A stretch of 64,000 bases of DNA. Source: Acidobacteriota bacterium (GTDB lineage: Bacteria; Acidobacteriota; Vicinamibacteria; Vicinamibacterales; JACQTH01). Shown here piece after piece: positions 8,324 through 17,080 of this stretch (position 1 is the first letter of the stretch; each line of letters opens with the position of its first letter). The DNA lies in assembly GCA_016178075.1 (NCBI GenBank), contig JACOUA010000329.1, forward strand, positions 3,539 through 67,538. Reading direction: 5' to 3'. The position numbers were made by a program, and so were the translations under genes. The notes below the pieces were generated by a model, which worked only from the letters and a program-made list of their open reading frames with translations, was not told where the DNA came from and ran no database searches.

Positions 8324-9206
8324 TCTGGACCTGTTCCCTCATCTTCTCGAGCTCGGCTTTGGCCGCGACGATGAGCTCCGACACCTGAAGGCCGTCGGCC
8401 TTCGAGCCCATGGTGTTGACCTCGCGGTTCATCTCCTGCAGCAGGAAGTCGAGCTTGCGTCCGCAGGGCTCGGCACTTTCACTCAGGATACCCCATTGCC
8501 CGATGTGACCGCGAAACCGCACGACCTCCTCGCTGATGTCCGAGCGGGCGGCGGTTCTGACGATCTCCTGCGCCACGGCGGCCGGCTCCAACTGGAACTC
8601 GCTGGTCAATTCGCGCACGCGTTCGCCCAGCCGGGCGATCAAGGCGGCCTCGCCGTCCTTGGCCGCGCGCGCAATCCCATCGACCATCTCAGCCACGGCC
8701 GCGCGGCGTCGATTCAGGTCCTGGGCGAGGAACTCGCCTTCCCGCGTTCGCATCGCGTCCAGCGCCACCAGCGCCTCTTCGATCGCCTTCAACGCCATGC
8801 TGGCGACATGCGCCGCCAGAGCCGGATCCTGGTCGAGCGACTGCTCCTTGATCGTGAACGCTTGTGGAAACCGCAGCAGGTCGCCTGGAGTCAACGCGCC
8901 CTGAAGGAGCCCGCGGTCCCGAGCCTGGCCTAGCGCAGTCCCGATCGCCGACAAGAACGCCTCGTTGATCTCGACCTGCACGGGCGGCGGCTGGCGCAGC
9001 TGCACCTGGACGGACAGCTCCACCCGCCCGCGGCCCGCATGCCGCTGGACCAGCGCGCGAAGCTGTGGCTCGAGCTCGGCGAGCGCCGTCGGCGTCCGCA
9101 GCTGCAGGTCGAGATAGCGATGGTTCACCGACCGGAGGGTGACGCCGATCGTGACGCGTTCGTCCTCGCGGGTCAGCGACGCGAACCCCGTCATGCTCTT
9201 GATCAT
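8313..9206 (-). CDS. yicC: YicC-family stress-induced protein
   Basis: 297 aa. The MIKSMTGFA N-terminus and length are typical of the YicC/TIGR00255 family. Overlaps gmk by 11 nt. Confidence 0.88.
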   Translation of the reverse strand: MIKSMTGFASLTREDERVTIGVTLRSVNHRYLDLQLRTPTALAELEPQLRALVQRHAGRGRVELSVQVQLRQPPPVQVEINEAFLSAIGTALGQARDRGLLQGALTPGDLLRFPQAFTIKEQSLDQDPALAAHVASMALKAIEEALVALDAMRTREGEFLAQDLNRRRAAVAEMVDGIARAAKDGEAALIARLGERVRELTSEFQLEPAAVAQEIVRTAARSDISEEVVRFRGHIGQWGILSESAEPCGRKLDFLLQEMNREVNTMGSKADGLQVSELIVAAKAELEKMREQVQNVE

Positions 9207-10957
9207 CGCGCGGGCGTCACCTCGTCTCGCTTCATCCCGAGAAGCTGCAGGGCATGCAGCCGCGCGTAGGCGCCCTCCGGCCGGGCCAACAGCTCGTCGT
9301 GCCGGCCCATCTCGACGATTTCGCCGGCCTCCAGGACGATGATGAGATCCGCCCGCCTGACCGTCGAGAGCCGGTGCGCGATGACGAACGAGGTGCGGTT
9401 CAGCATCAGGTTGGCGAGCGCGTCCTGCACCAGCAGCTCCGACTCGGTGTCGAGCGACGAGGTGGCCTCGTCGAGGATCAGAATCGGCGCGTTTCTGAGC
9501 AGCGCGCGCGCAATGGCGAGCCGCTGCCGCTGCCCTCCGGACAAGCGCTGCCCCCGCTCGGCAATTTTCGAGGCGTACCCGTTCGGCATCGCGCTGATGA
9601 ACTCGTGCGCGTGGGCGGCGCGGGCCGCCGCCTCGATCTCCACGATGCTGGCGCCCGGCGCCGCATACGCGATGTTATTCGCGACCGTGTCGTCGAACAG
9701 CACGGTTTCCTGGGTGACGAGCCCGATCTGCGATCGCAGCGACTTCAGGGTCACGCGCCGGATGTCGACGCCGTCGATCAGGATCGCACCGTCCGTCACG
9801 TCGTAGAACCGGGGCAGGAGGTTCACCAGGGTAGTCTTGCCGGCGCCGCTCTGGCCGACAATCGCGATCATCTGGCCCGCCTGCACCGTCAGGGTCACAT
9901 CCTTCAGAATCGGCCGGTGTCGAGCGTCGTCGTACCCGAACCGGACATGGCGAAACTCGATGGCGTCGGGTGGCTTCCTCAGCTCGATGGCGTCAGGCGC
10001 TTCAATGACCTCGCTGTGGGTGTCGAGCAGCTCGAAGATCCGTTCGGACGAGGCCACGGCCTGCTGGATGCTGGCGTTGACGCGGCTGAGCTTCTTGGCC
10101 GGGCCGTACATCAGAAAGAGCGCCGCGACAAACGACGCGAAGTCGCCCGTCGTGAGCCGTCCCGAGACGATTTCCCTGCTGCCGTACCAGAGCGCCGCCA
10201 CGATCCCGACCCCGCCCAGAAGCTCCATCAGCGGCGGGAGAATCGACAGGACCCGGGTGACCCTCATGTTGGCGCGGTACAGGCGGAACGCGGCGCGGCC
10301 GAACCGCTCCGCCTCCCGCGTCTCCGCCCCGAACGCCTTGACGATCCGATGGCCGGTGAACGCCTCCGCGCTCACATGCGACATGTGCTCGAGCGCTTCC
10401 TGGCTCAGCCGGGTCGTTCGCCGCAGCCGCTGACCCAGCCGCACCAGCGGATAGAGCACGAGCGGCGCGCCGGTCATGCAGACGAGCGCCAGCCCGTAAT
10501 CGTAGTAGAAGAGCAGCGCCGCGTACCCGGCCAGGGCGACCGACTCGCGAATCAGATCCGCAATCGTCTCCGAGACCGCCCGCTGGACCTGACCCACGTC
10601 GTTCGTCAGCCGCGACATCAGCTGACCGGTCGTCCGCTGTTTGAAGAACGTCGCGGACTGATCGAGGACATGGTGGTAGAGGAGATTGCGCAGATCGGTC
10701 ACAACCCGCTGGCCGACATCGGCCATCAGGTACTCGGAGAAGTACGACCCCAGGCCTTTGCAGACGTACGCCGCGATGATCGCCACTGCCGTGATCTGCA
10801 GGTCTTCCCGGCTCGGCAACACCTTGTCGATGATCGGCTTGATCAGATAGGCAAGCGCCGCCGAGCCGGCGGCGTAGAACAGCATCGCCACGAACGCCGC
10901 GGCGAGCCGGCCCCGATAGGGCGCGGCGTAGCGGAACAGGCGGAAGAGGGGCTGCAC
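9203..10957 (-). CDS. ABC exporter, fused permease/ATPase (MsbA-like lipid exporter family)
   Basis: Six-TM domain plus an NBD with Walker A GQSGAGKTT, signature LSGGQRQRLAIARAL and Walker B ILILDEATS. Confidence 0.9.
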   Translation of the reverse strand: MQPLFRLFRYAAPYRGRLAAAFVAMLFYAAGSAALAYLIKPIIDKVLPSREDLQITAVAIIAAYVCKGLGSYFSEYLMADVGQRVVTDLRNLLYHHVLDQSATFFKQRTTGQLMSRLTNDVGQVQRAVSETIADLIRESVALAGYAALLFYYDYGLALVCMTGAPLVLYPLVRLGQRLRRTTRLSQEALEHMSHVSAEAFTGHRIVKAFGAETREAERFGRAAFRLYRANMRVTRVLSILPPLMELLGGVGIVAALWYGSREIVSGRLTTGDFASFVAALFLMYGPAKKLSRVNASIQQAVASSERIFELLDTHSEVIEAPDAIELRKPPDAIEFRHVRFGYDDARHRPILKDVTLTVQAGQMIAIVGQSGAGKTTLVNLLPRFYDVTDGAILIDGVDIRRVTLKSLRSQIGLVTQETVLFDDTVANNIAYAAPGASIVEIEAAARAAHAHEFISAMPNGYASKIAERGQRLSGGQRQRLAIARALLRNAPILILDEATSSLDTESELLVQDALANLMLNRTSFVIAHRLSTVRRADLIIVLEAGEIVEMGRHDELLARPEGAYARLHALQLLGMKRDEVTPAR

Positions 10958-11072
10958 TACTCAGTCTTCAGTTTTCAGTTTTCAGTTTTCAGTTCTAAAC
11001 CTGCGACCTGAAGCGAAGGACGGGTCACCTTGTCAACTGATAACTGATAACTGAAAACTGATCACTACTCAG
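10957..11072. repeat. Heptamer-periodic inverted repeat, word CAGTTYT / ARAACTG
   Basis: Left arm CAGTCTTCAGTTTTCAGTTTTCAGTTTTCAGTTCT, ~35-nt spacer, right arm AACTGATAACTGATAACTGAAAACTGATCAC. Lies between the GT2 stop and the ABC exporter start. Confidence 0.85.
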
Positions 11073-11868
11073 TAAAACGATACTTGATGAGCACCCAGAG
11101 CGCGACCAGTCCGTCGTGCCAGGTGATTTTCTTCCCTTCCTCGTACCCCCGGCCGTCGTACGTGATCGGGACTTCGTACACCCGGTAGCCCCGCTTGAAC
11201 ACCTTCGCCGTCAACTCCGGCTCGATGCCGAAGCGCTGCTGCTTCAACTCCATCGATCGCAGCACGCTCGTGCGCATCACCTTGTAGCAGGTCTCCATGT
11301 CGGTCAGCATCGTGTTGTAGAGCAGGTTGGTCACGAGCGTCAGGAAGCGGTTGCCGAGGTAGTGACTGAAGAGAAAGACCCGGTGGCGGCCGAGAAAGCG
11401 CGAGCCGTACACGACGTCCGCGCGCCCCTGGCAGATGAGCTCGATGAGTTTCGGATACTCCTCGGGCGAGTATTCCAGATCCGCGTCCTGTACGACGACG
11501 ATATCGCCGGTCACGTCCTCGAAACCGCGGCGCAGGCCGGCGCCCTTCCCGGCGTTCTGCGGCTGCAGGATCAGCTTGAACCCCAGCTCACGGTTCAATC
11601 GCTGCAGGATATCGGGGGTGAGGTCGGTCGACGCATCGTCGACGACGATGAGCTCGATCCTGAGCGGCACCGCGACCACCCGGCGGATGATTGCCTCGAT
11701 CGTCTCCTGCTCGTTGAAGACGGGCATCACCACCGACAGCAGCGGATTGGTGAGCGTGCCTCGAAGGCCTGCCCTGAGCTCCGTTGAGGGGCCCGACCTG
11801 GGCTTCGTCGTCCCTCGGCTGGGTTCGGGACGACCCCGAGGGTCTCGAGGGGTCGAAGGGCCCGGCAT
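11065..11868 (-). CDS. Glycosyltransferase family 2 (polyprenol-phosphate sugar transferase-like) with a repeat-derived N-terminus
   Basis: LSVVMPVFNEQETIE, VDDASTD, VVQDADLEYSPEE. The ORF track runs to 12039, but ATG at 11868 overlaps the galE stop (TGATG). The first ~35 codons (..PRDPRGRPEPSRGTTKPRSG..) are a palindromic repeat. Confidence 0.85.
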   Translation of the reverse strand: MPGPSTPRDPRGRPEPSRGTTKPRSGPSTELRAGLRGTLTNPLLSVVMPVFNEQETIEAIIRRVVAVPLRIELIVVDDASTDLTPDILQRLNRELGFKLILQPQNAGKGAGLRRGFEDVTGDIVVVQDADLEYSPEEYPKLIELICQGRADVVYGSRFLGRHRVFLFSHYLGNRFLTLVTNLLYNTMLTDMETCYKVMRTSVLRSMELKQQRFGIEPELTAKVFKRGYRVYEVPITYDGRGYEEGKKITWHDGLVALWVLIKYRFTE

Positions 11869-11870
11869 CA
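11775..11870. repeat. GC-rich palindromic repeat at the galE/GT2 junction
   Basis: GTCGTCCCtcggctgggttcGGGACGAC (~11807-11834), flanked by CCTCGAG/GTCGAAGGG-type outer repeats. Confidence 0.85.
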
Positions 11871-12860
11871 GCGATCTGGGGGATAGCCGTTCGGATGGGT
11901 TTCGCGCCAGCGCCATGCGTGCTCGACGATCGTCCGCAGATCGTCGTAACGGGGCTCCCAGCCCAACTCCTGCCGGGCCCGGCCGTTGGCCGCATAGAGG
12001 ACCGCGGGATCGCCAGGACGCCGCGGCGCGAGCCGGCACGGCACCGGACGGCCGACCACGTCGGAGACCGCGTCGACGACCTGCTCGACCGAGTACGGCC
12101 GACCGTAGCCGAGGTTGTAGACCGTCGACGATCCGCCGCCCTCCAGGCGGTCGAGCGCACGCACGTGCGCGTCGGCCAGGTCTGTCACGTGGATGTAGTC
12201 GCGGAGGCAGGTGCCGTCCGGGGTGCCGTAATCGTCGCCGAAAACGAGCAGCTCGGCTCCGCCACGGGCGGCGTCGATGGCCCGCGGGATGAGGTGAATC
12301 TCGGGGTCGTGCTCTTCGCCGAGCTCGCCCTCGGGATCCGCGCCGGCCGCGTTGAAGTAGCGCAACCGGATCGCCTTGAGACCGTACGCGCGCTCGAAGT
12401 GCGGGAGCGCGCGCTCGATCGCCAGCTTGGTCTCACCGTAGGGATTGATCGGGTTCGTCGGGTGGCTTTCCGTGATTGGCACCTCGATGGGCTCACCATA
12501 GACGGCGCACGTCGACGAGAACACGAGCCGCCCCACCGATTCGAGCGCCATGGCTTCGAGCACGCTGAGCGTGCCCCGAACGTTGTTGCGATAGTACCCG
12601 ATCGGATCGCCGACGGAGTCGGAGACGATGAGGAACGCGGCAAACTGCATGACCGCGTCGACCTCGTGTTGCCGCATCGTCCGCCGCAGCGCCGCGACGT
12701 CGCTGATATCGCCTTCGACGAAGGCCGCGCCGGTCACTGCCTGCTGATGCCCGCTCGACAGGTTGTCGTACACGACCACGCGGCGGCCCGCCCGCACCAG
12801 CGCCTTGACCGTGTGGCTGCCGATGTAGCCTGCGCCGCCCGCGACCAGGATCGCAGGCAC
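11868..12860 (-). CDS. galE: UDP-glucose 4-epimerase
   Basis: VAGGAGYIGSH Rossmann motif, YGETK catalytic YxxxK, 330 aa. Confidence 0.93.
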   Translation of the reverse strand: MPAILVAGGAGYIGSHTVKALVRAGRRVVVYDNLSSGHQQAVTGAAFVEGDISDVAALRRTMRQHEVDAVMQFAAFLIVSDSVGDPIGYYRNNVRGTLSVLEAMALESVGRLVFSSTCAVYGEPIEVPITESHPTNPINPYGETKLAIERALPHFERAYGLKAIRLRYFNAAGADPEGELGEEHDPEIHLIPRAIDAARGGAELLVFGDDYGTPDGTCLRDYIHVTDLADAHVRALDRLEGGGSSTVYNLGYGRPYSVEQVVDAVSDVVGRPVPCRLAPRRPGDPAVLYAANGRARQELGWEPRYDDLRTIVEHAWRWRETHPNGYPPDR

Positions 12861-12861
12861 G

Positions 12862-14157
12862 TCAGCGTCCGATCGAGTAGTAGGTGAAACCCTGCGACTT
12901 CATCAGGGCGGGATCGTAGATGTTGCGCCCGTCGAAGACGACCGGCGCGCGCAGGAGCTTCCGCATGCGCGCAAAGTCTGGCTCGCGAAACTCGTTCCAC
13001 TCCGTGATGATCGCCAGCGCGTCGGCATCCCGAAGCGCGTCGTAGCTCTTGCCCGGCATCGTGATGCGGGTGCCGAAGATCCGCTTCGCGACTTGCTCCG
13101 CTTCCGGATCGTACGCCTGCACACGCGCGCCCTGCGCGAGGAGCTTCTCGATGACCGTGATGGCCGGCGCCTCGCGCATGTCGTCGGTGCGCGGCTTGAA
13201 CGCCAGTCCCCAGATCGCGATCGTCTTCCCCTTCACGGAGCCGAAGTGCCGCTCGATCTTGGCGACCAACCGCTCCTTCTGCCGCTGGTTCACGCGCTCG
13301 ACGGACTTCAGCAGATCGAAGTCGTACCCCTTGTCGGACGCGAGCTTCACAAGAGCCTTGACATCCTTGGGAAAGCAGCTGCCGCCGTAGCCGACACCAG
13401 GAAAGAGGAAGGACCGGCCGATGCGTCGGTCGGCGCCGATCGCCTTGCGCACCTCGTCCACGTTGGCGCCGAACAGCTCGCAGACGTTGGCCACTTCGTT
13501 CATGAAGGAGATCCGCGACGCCAGTAGCGCGTTGGCAGCGTACTTCGTCATCTCGGCGCTCGCGCAGTCCATCACGAGGATCGGGGCGCCCGTGCGCGTG
13601 AACGGGCGGTACAGCTCCTCCATCAGCTCCCTCGCTCGCGGATCCTCCGCCCCGATCACCACGCGATCGGGCCGCATGAAGTCGTCGATGGCCGCGCCCT
13701 GCTTCAAGAACTCTGGGTTGCTCACCACGCTGAACGGGTGCGTCGTCTCGCGGCGGACGATCTCGCGGACCCTGGCCGCCGTGCCGACCGGAACCGTGCT
13801 CTTGTCGACGATCACCTTGTAGCCGTCCATGGCGCGCGCGACGTCGCGGACGACGTCCAACACCTGCGTGAGATCCGCGGAGCCGTCCTCGTCCTGCGGC
13901 GTTCCGACGGCCACGAACACGATGCTCGAGGATCGCACGGCTTTGGCGAGCGCGGTCGTGAAGCTCAGTCGCTGTTCCTGCCGGTTGCGCCGGACCATCT
14001 CCTCGAGGCCGGGCTCGTAAATCGGCATCTGCCCGCGCTTGAGGAGGCGGATCTTCGCCGCGTCATTGTCGACGCCGACGACCTCGTTGCCGTGCTCGGC
14101 CAGACACGCGCCGGCCACCAACCCGACATAGCCGGTGCCGATGACTGCGATCTTCAT
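12862..14157 (-). CDS. ugd: UDP-glucose 6-dehydrogenase
   Basis: MKIAVIGTGYVGLV, catalytic GGSCFPKD, 431 aa. Confidence 0.95.
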   Translation of the reverse strand: MKIAVIGTGYVGLVAGACLAEHGNEVVGVDNDAAKIRLLKRGQMPIYEPGLEEMVRRNRQEQRLSFTTALAKAVRSSSIVFVAVGTPQDEDGSADLTQVLDVVRDVARAMDGYKVIVDKSTVPVGTAARVREIVRRETTHPFSVVSNPEFLKQGAAIDDFMRPDRVVIGAEDPRARELMEELYRPFTRTGAPILVMDCASAEMTKYAANALLASRISFMNEVANVCELFGANVDEVRKAIGADRRIGRSFLFPGVGYGGSCFPKDVKALVKLASDKGYDFDLLKSVERVNQRQKERLVAKIERHFGSVKGKTIAIWGLAFKPRTDDMREAPAITVIEKLLAQGARVQAYDPEAEQVAKRIFGTRITMPGKSYDALRDADALAIITEWNEFREPDFARMRKLLRAPVVFDGRNIYDPALMKSQGFTYYSIGR

Positions 14158-14164
14158 TATTTAG

Positions 14165-14445
14165 TTTGCGGCGGGGCCCCACCCCCACCGCCTGCCACCG
14201 CTCGCTCACGCTCGCGGCGTTGATTACTTGCGACGATCCCTCTCCCAGGCATTCTCGGTGGGGGCCCCACCCCCACCGCCTGCCATCCGCCTTCGCCAAG
14301 GCTACGGCGGACAAGCGGCCTTGCCCGCCGACCAGCCTCCGTCAAGGCTTCGGCGGTCCGCCGTCGCTTCAGCGAAGGCGGAAGCTCGAAGAGCGGAGGC
14401 GGGTCGCTCACGCTCGCGGCGCTGACTGGTGGCGACGATCCGTTT
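14165..14445. repeat. Nested/tandem copies of the ~140-nt GC-rich interspersed repeat (copy 2, plus an internally deleted copy)
   Basis: GGGGCCCCACCCCCACCGCCTGCC occurs twice (~14172 and ~14262). CGCTCACGCTCGCGGCG..GCGACGATCC also occurs twice. 14256-14441 aligns to 1183-1330 with a ~50-nt insertion. Fills the ugd/GT4 divergent spacer. Confidence 0.85.
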
Positions 14446-14586
14446 TCAGAGACACGCTTCGGTCGAGGCCGAGCGGCCGATTCAAAATTCCCGACCTTAA
14501 CACACCAGGTAGTGGCAGTCAAGTTCCTCACCATCAAGAGGTTGCGGTTCCCTAAGCGGTTCGGGATACGATCGGGCGGGCTTCGC

Positions 14587-15708
14587 ATGCGGGTGCTCAT
14601 CGACTATCGTCCGGCGCTGCGGGAGCGCACCGGTGCCGGGGAATTCGTGCATCAGATCGCCGCGGCGCTCGCCCGCCACGCCGCGTTGAAGATCGACGTC
14701 ACGGTGTTCACGAGCTCCTGGAAGGACCGGCTGAGGCCGTCGGCGCGTCGGGAGCTGGGACCGGCCGAGGCAGTGGACGTGCGAATTCCGGTCCGGATGC
14801 TGAACCTCGGCTGGCACCGGTTGGGATGGCCGCCGATCGAGCTCGTGGCCCGCCGGAGGTTCGACGTCGTGCACGCCGCGCACCCGCTCGCCATCCCCAG
14901 CACCCGCGCCGCGCAAGTGATCACGATCCACGACCTGCACTTCCTCGATTTCCCGTCCCACACCGAGGCCGAAATCCGTCGCGATTACCCCGGCCTCGTT
15001 CGTCGTCACGCCGAACGAGCCGACATGATCATCGTGCCTTCCCACCACACCGGCCGTCTGATTCGGCAACGGCTCGGGATCTCGCACGACCGGATCGCGC
15101 TCTGCCGGCCAGGCGCGCCGGCGTGGGCGGATCGGATTGCGAGCGCCCGGGAACCTCGGGATATCGTGTTTCTGGGAACGCTCGAGCCGCGCAAGAACAT
15201 CGGCGTGCTCCTCGACGCCTACACGCGACTGCTCGACGCCGGCCGCCCGGTTCCGGATCTCGTGCTGGGCGGGAAGGCGACCGCCGCCGCGCGCGGCTGG
15301 CTCGATCGCCTGACGCGGCCGCCGCTCGCGGGTCACGTCCGTCATCTCGGGTACGTGGAGACGGACCAGCGCCTCGAGCTGTATCGGCGCGCGCGACTGC
15401 TGGTTCTGCCGTCGCTGGACGAAGGGTTCGGGCTGCCGGTGCTCGAAGCGATGGCCTGCGGCGTGCCGGTCGTGGTGTCGACACGAGGGTCGCTGCCGGA
15501 GGTGGCCGGCAGCGCGGGGCTGCTCGTCGACCCGGAGGATGTCGACGGCTGGGCGGGCGCGATTCAACGCATGCTCGAAGACGATCCGTTTGCCGCGGCC
15601 TCCGCGGCCAGCGGGCGCTTGCGCGTACGCGAGATGACCTGGGACCACGCGGCGGAAGCGCTCAAGCAGGCTTACGAGCACGCGCTCGTGGCACGACAAG
15701 CGCGTTGA
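14587..15708 (+). CDS. Glycosyltransferase family 4
   Basis: MRVLIDYRPALRERTGAGEF N-terminus and the EGFGLPVLEAMACGVPVVVS GT1/GT4 motif. The ORF-track start 14512 lies in non-coding sequence. Confidence 0.87.
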   Translation: MRVLIDYRPALRERTGAGEFVHQIAAALARHAALKIDVTVFTSSWKDRLRPSARRELGPAEAVDVRIPVRMLNLGWHRLGWPPIELVARRRFDVVHAAHPLAIPSTRAAQVITIHDLHFLDFPSHTEAEIRRDYPGLVRRHAERADMIIVPSHHTGRLIRQRLGISHDRIALCRPGAPAWADRIASAREPRDIVFLGTLEPRKNIGVLLDAYTRLLDAGRPVPDLVLGGKATAAARGWLDRLTRPPLAGHVRHLGYVETDQRLELYRRARLLVLPSLDEGFGLPVLEAMACGVPVVVSTRGSLPEVAGSAGLLVDPEDVDGWAGAIQRMLEDDPFAAASAASGRLRVREMTWDHAAEALKQAYEHALVARQAR

Positions 15709-15710
15709 AA

Positions 15711-15811
15711 CAGTTCTCAGTCATCAGTTCACAGTTCTCAGTTAAGGCGAGGACTGACAGACAACCGAGAACACCCTGAGAACTGATAACTGAAACCTGA
15801 TAACTACTGGT
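15711..15811. repeat. Heptamer-periodic inverted repeat, word CAGTTYT / ARAACTG
   Basis: CAGTTCTCAGTCATCAGTTCACAGTTCTCAGTT ... CTGAGAACTGATAACTGAAACCTGATAACTACTG, between two co-directional GT4 genes. Confidence 0.85.
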
Positions 15812-15814
15812 CTT

Positions 15815-17080
15815 GTGATGCACATCGCCATCGACGCCCGTGAGCTCTGTGGCCGGCCGACCGGCGTTGGGCGGTATCTGTCCCACCTGCTCACCGCGTG
15901 GGGAGATATGGCCGAAACACGGGGCCACCGCTTCACGTTGTACACGCCGGCGCCGATCGACATCCAGACCGTGGCCCCCCGGGCACGAGCGCTCGATCTC
16001 GTCGTGCAGGTCATCGGCGGCCACCCGGGAGCCATCTGGGAACAGATTCGTCTTGCTTCGGCGCTGCGTCGCGATCGTCCGGACGTCCTCTTCGCGCCGG
16101 CCTACACGTCACCGCTGCGGTGCGGCGTCCCGACGGTGTTGACGGTTCACGACATCTCGTTCGAGGCGCATCCGGAGTGGTATCGCTGGCGTGAAGGCAC
16201 GCGCCTGCGCTGGCTGACGCGCAGGGCCGCGCGGGCTGCTCGCCTGGTGCTGACGGATTCGGAGTTCTCGAAGCGCGAGCTCGTCGAGCGGATGGGCATC
16301 AGCGCCAACGCCATCCGCGTCATCCGTCTGGGGGTCAGCGAGCCACGCCCTTCGACCGTTCGACCCTTCGACAGGCTCGGCGTCGTCCCGAGCGCGGTCG
16401 AGGGAGGAGAGCCACAGGGTCGTCCCAAGCCCAGTCGGGGGACGACGGCGCCCGACGCAGGCCCGTCGACGACGCCCGGGGCACGCGCGTCGCAGGCGGA
16501 GCGCGAGCCGCTCGTGTTGTTCGTCGGATCGTTGTTCAACCGGCGGCGTCTCCCGGATCTGTTGAGCGCCTTTCGCGACCTGACTCGAACCCATCCGGGG
16601 GCCAGGCTCGAGATCGTCGGGGAAGACCGCACATACCCGCACCAGGATCTTGCGGCCCTCGCCGTGCGACTGGGGATCCCGGAGCGAGTGTCGCTGCGAT
16701 CGTATGTCAGCGACGAGGAGCTGGTGCGCCTCTACGAGCGAGCCAGCGTCTTTGGATTTCTGTCTGAGTACGAGGGCTTCGGTCTGACGCCGCTGGAAGC
16801 CCTCGCCGCGGGCGTGCCGATTGTGGTGCTCGACACGGCTGTCGCCCGAGAGCTGTATGGCGATGCGGCGGTCTACGTCGGGCGCGGCGACGTTGGCGGG
16901 ACCGCAGCGGCGCTCGCGCAACTGATATCGGACGCCGACGCGCGGCGGCGGCGGCTCGACCGCGCGGCGGTCGTGCTTCGCGGGTTCTCCTGGTCCGAGG
17001 CAGCGCGTCAGACGCTCGAGGCGCTCGAAGCGGCCCACAGTCCAAAGCCCCCGTCCGGACTGCCTCATCAAGCCTCATGA
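15815..17080 (+). CDS. Glycosyltransferase family 4 carrying an in-frame palindromic-repeat insertion in the interdomain linker
   Basis: N-domain MMHIAIDARELCGRPTGVGRY. C-domain LVLFVGSLFNRRRL, EGFGLTPLEALAAGVPIVV. Between them sits ~45 aa of repeat-encoded sequence (RPFDRLGVVPSAVEGGEPQGRPKPSRGTTAPDAGPSTTPGARAS). Confidence 0.87.
   Translation: MMHIAIDARELCGRPTGVGRYLSHLLTAWGDMAETRGHRFTLYTPAPIDIQTVAPRARALDLVVQVIGGHPGAIWEQIRLASALRRDRPDVLFAPAYTSPLRCGVPTVLTVHDISFEAHPEWYRWREGTRLRWLTRRAARAARLVLTDSEFSKRELVERMGISANAIRVIRLGVSEPRPSTVRPFDRLGVVPSAVEGGEPQGRPKPSRGTTAPDAGPSTTPGARASQAEREPLVLFVGSLFNRRRLPDLLSAFRDLTRTHPGARLEIVGEDRTYPHQDLAALAVRLGIPERVSLRSYVSDEELVRLYERASVFGFLSEYEGFGLTPLEALAAGVPIVVLDTAVARELYGDAAVYVGRGDVGGTAAALAQLISDADARRRRLDRAAVVLRGFSWSEAARQTLEALEAAHSPKPPSGLPHQAS
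16340..16500. repeat. GC-rich palindromic repeat (two modules) inside the GT4 coding sequence
   Basis: CCTTCGACaggCTCGGcgtcgtcCCGAGcgcgGTCGAGGG, followed by GTCGTCCCaagcccagtcggGGGACGAC (~16419-16446). Confidence 0.85.

Noticed and set aside
9254-11011. 585-aa plus-strand ORF
   Set aside because: It is the antisense shadow of the ABC exporter. Its C-terminus (..YSVFSFQFSVFSSKPAT) is a translation of the heptamer repeat.
10957-11072. Heptamer tandem repeats as a CRISPR array or as coding low-complexity sequence (SVFSFQFSVFS-type ORFs)
   Set aside because: A 7-nt period with no unique spacers is incompatible with CRISPR. The tracts sit between well-defined genes and form inverted repeats, so the short ORFs over them are artefacts.
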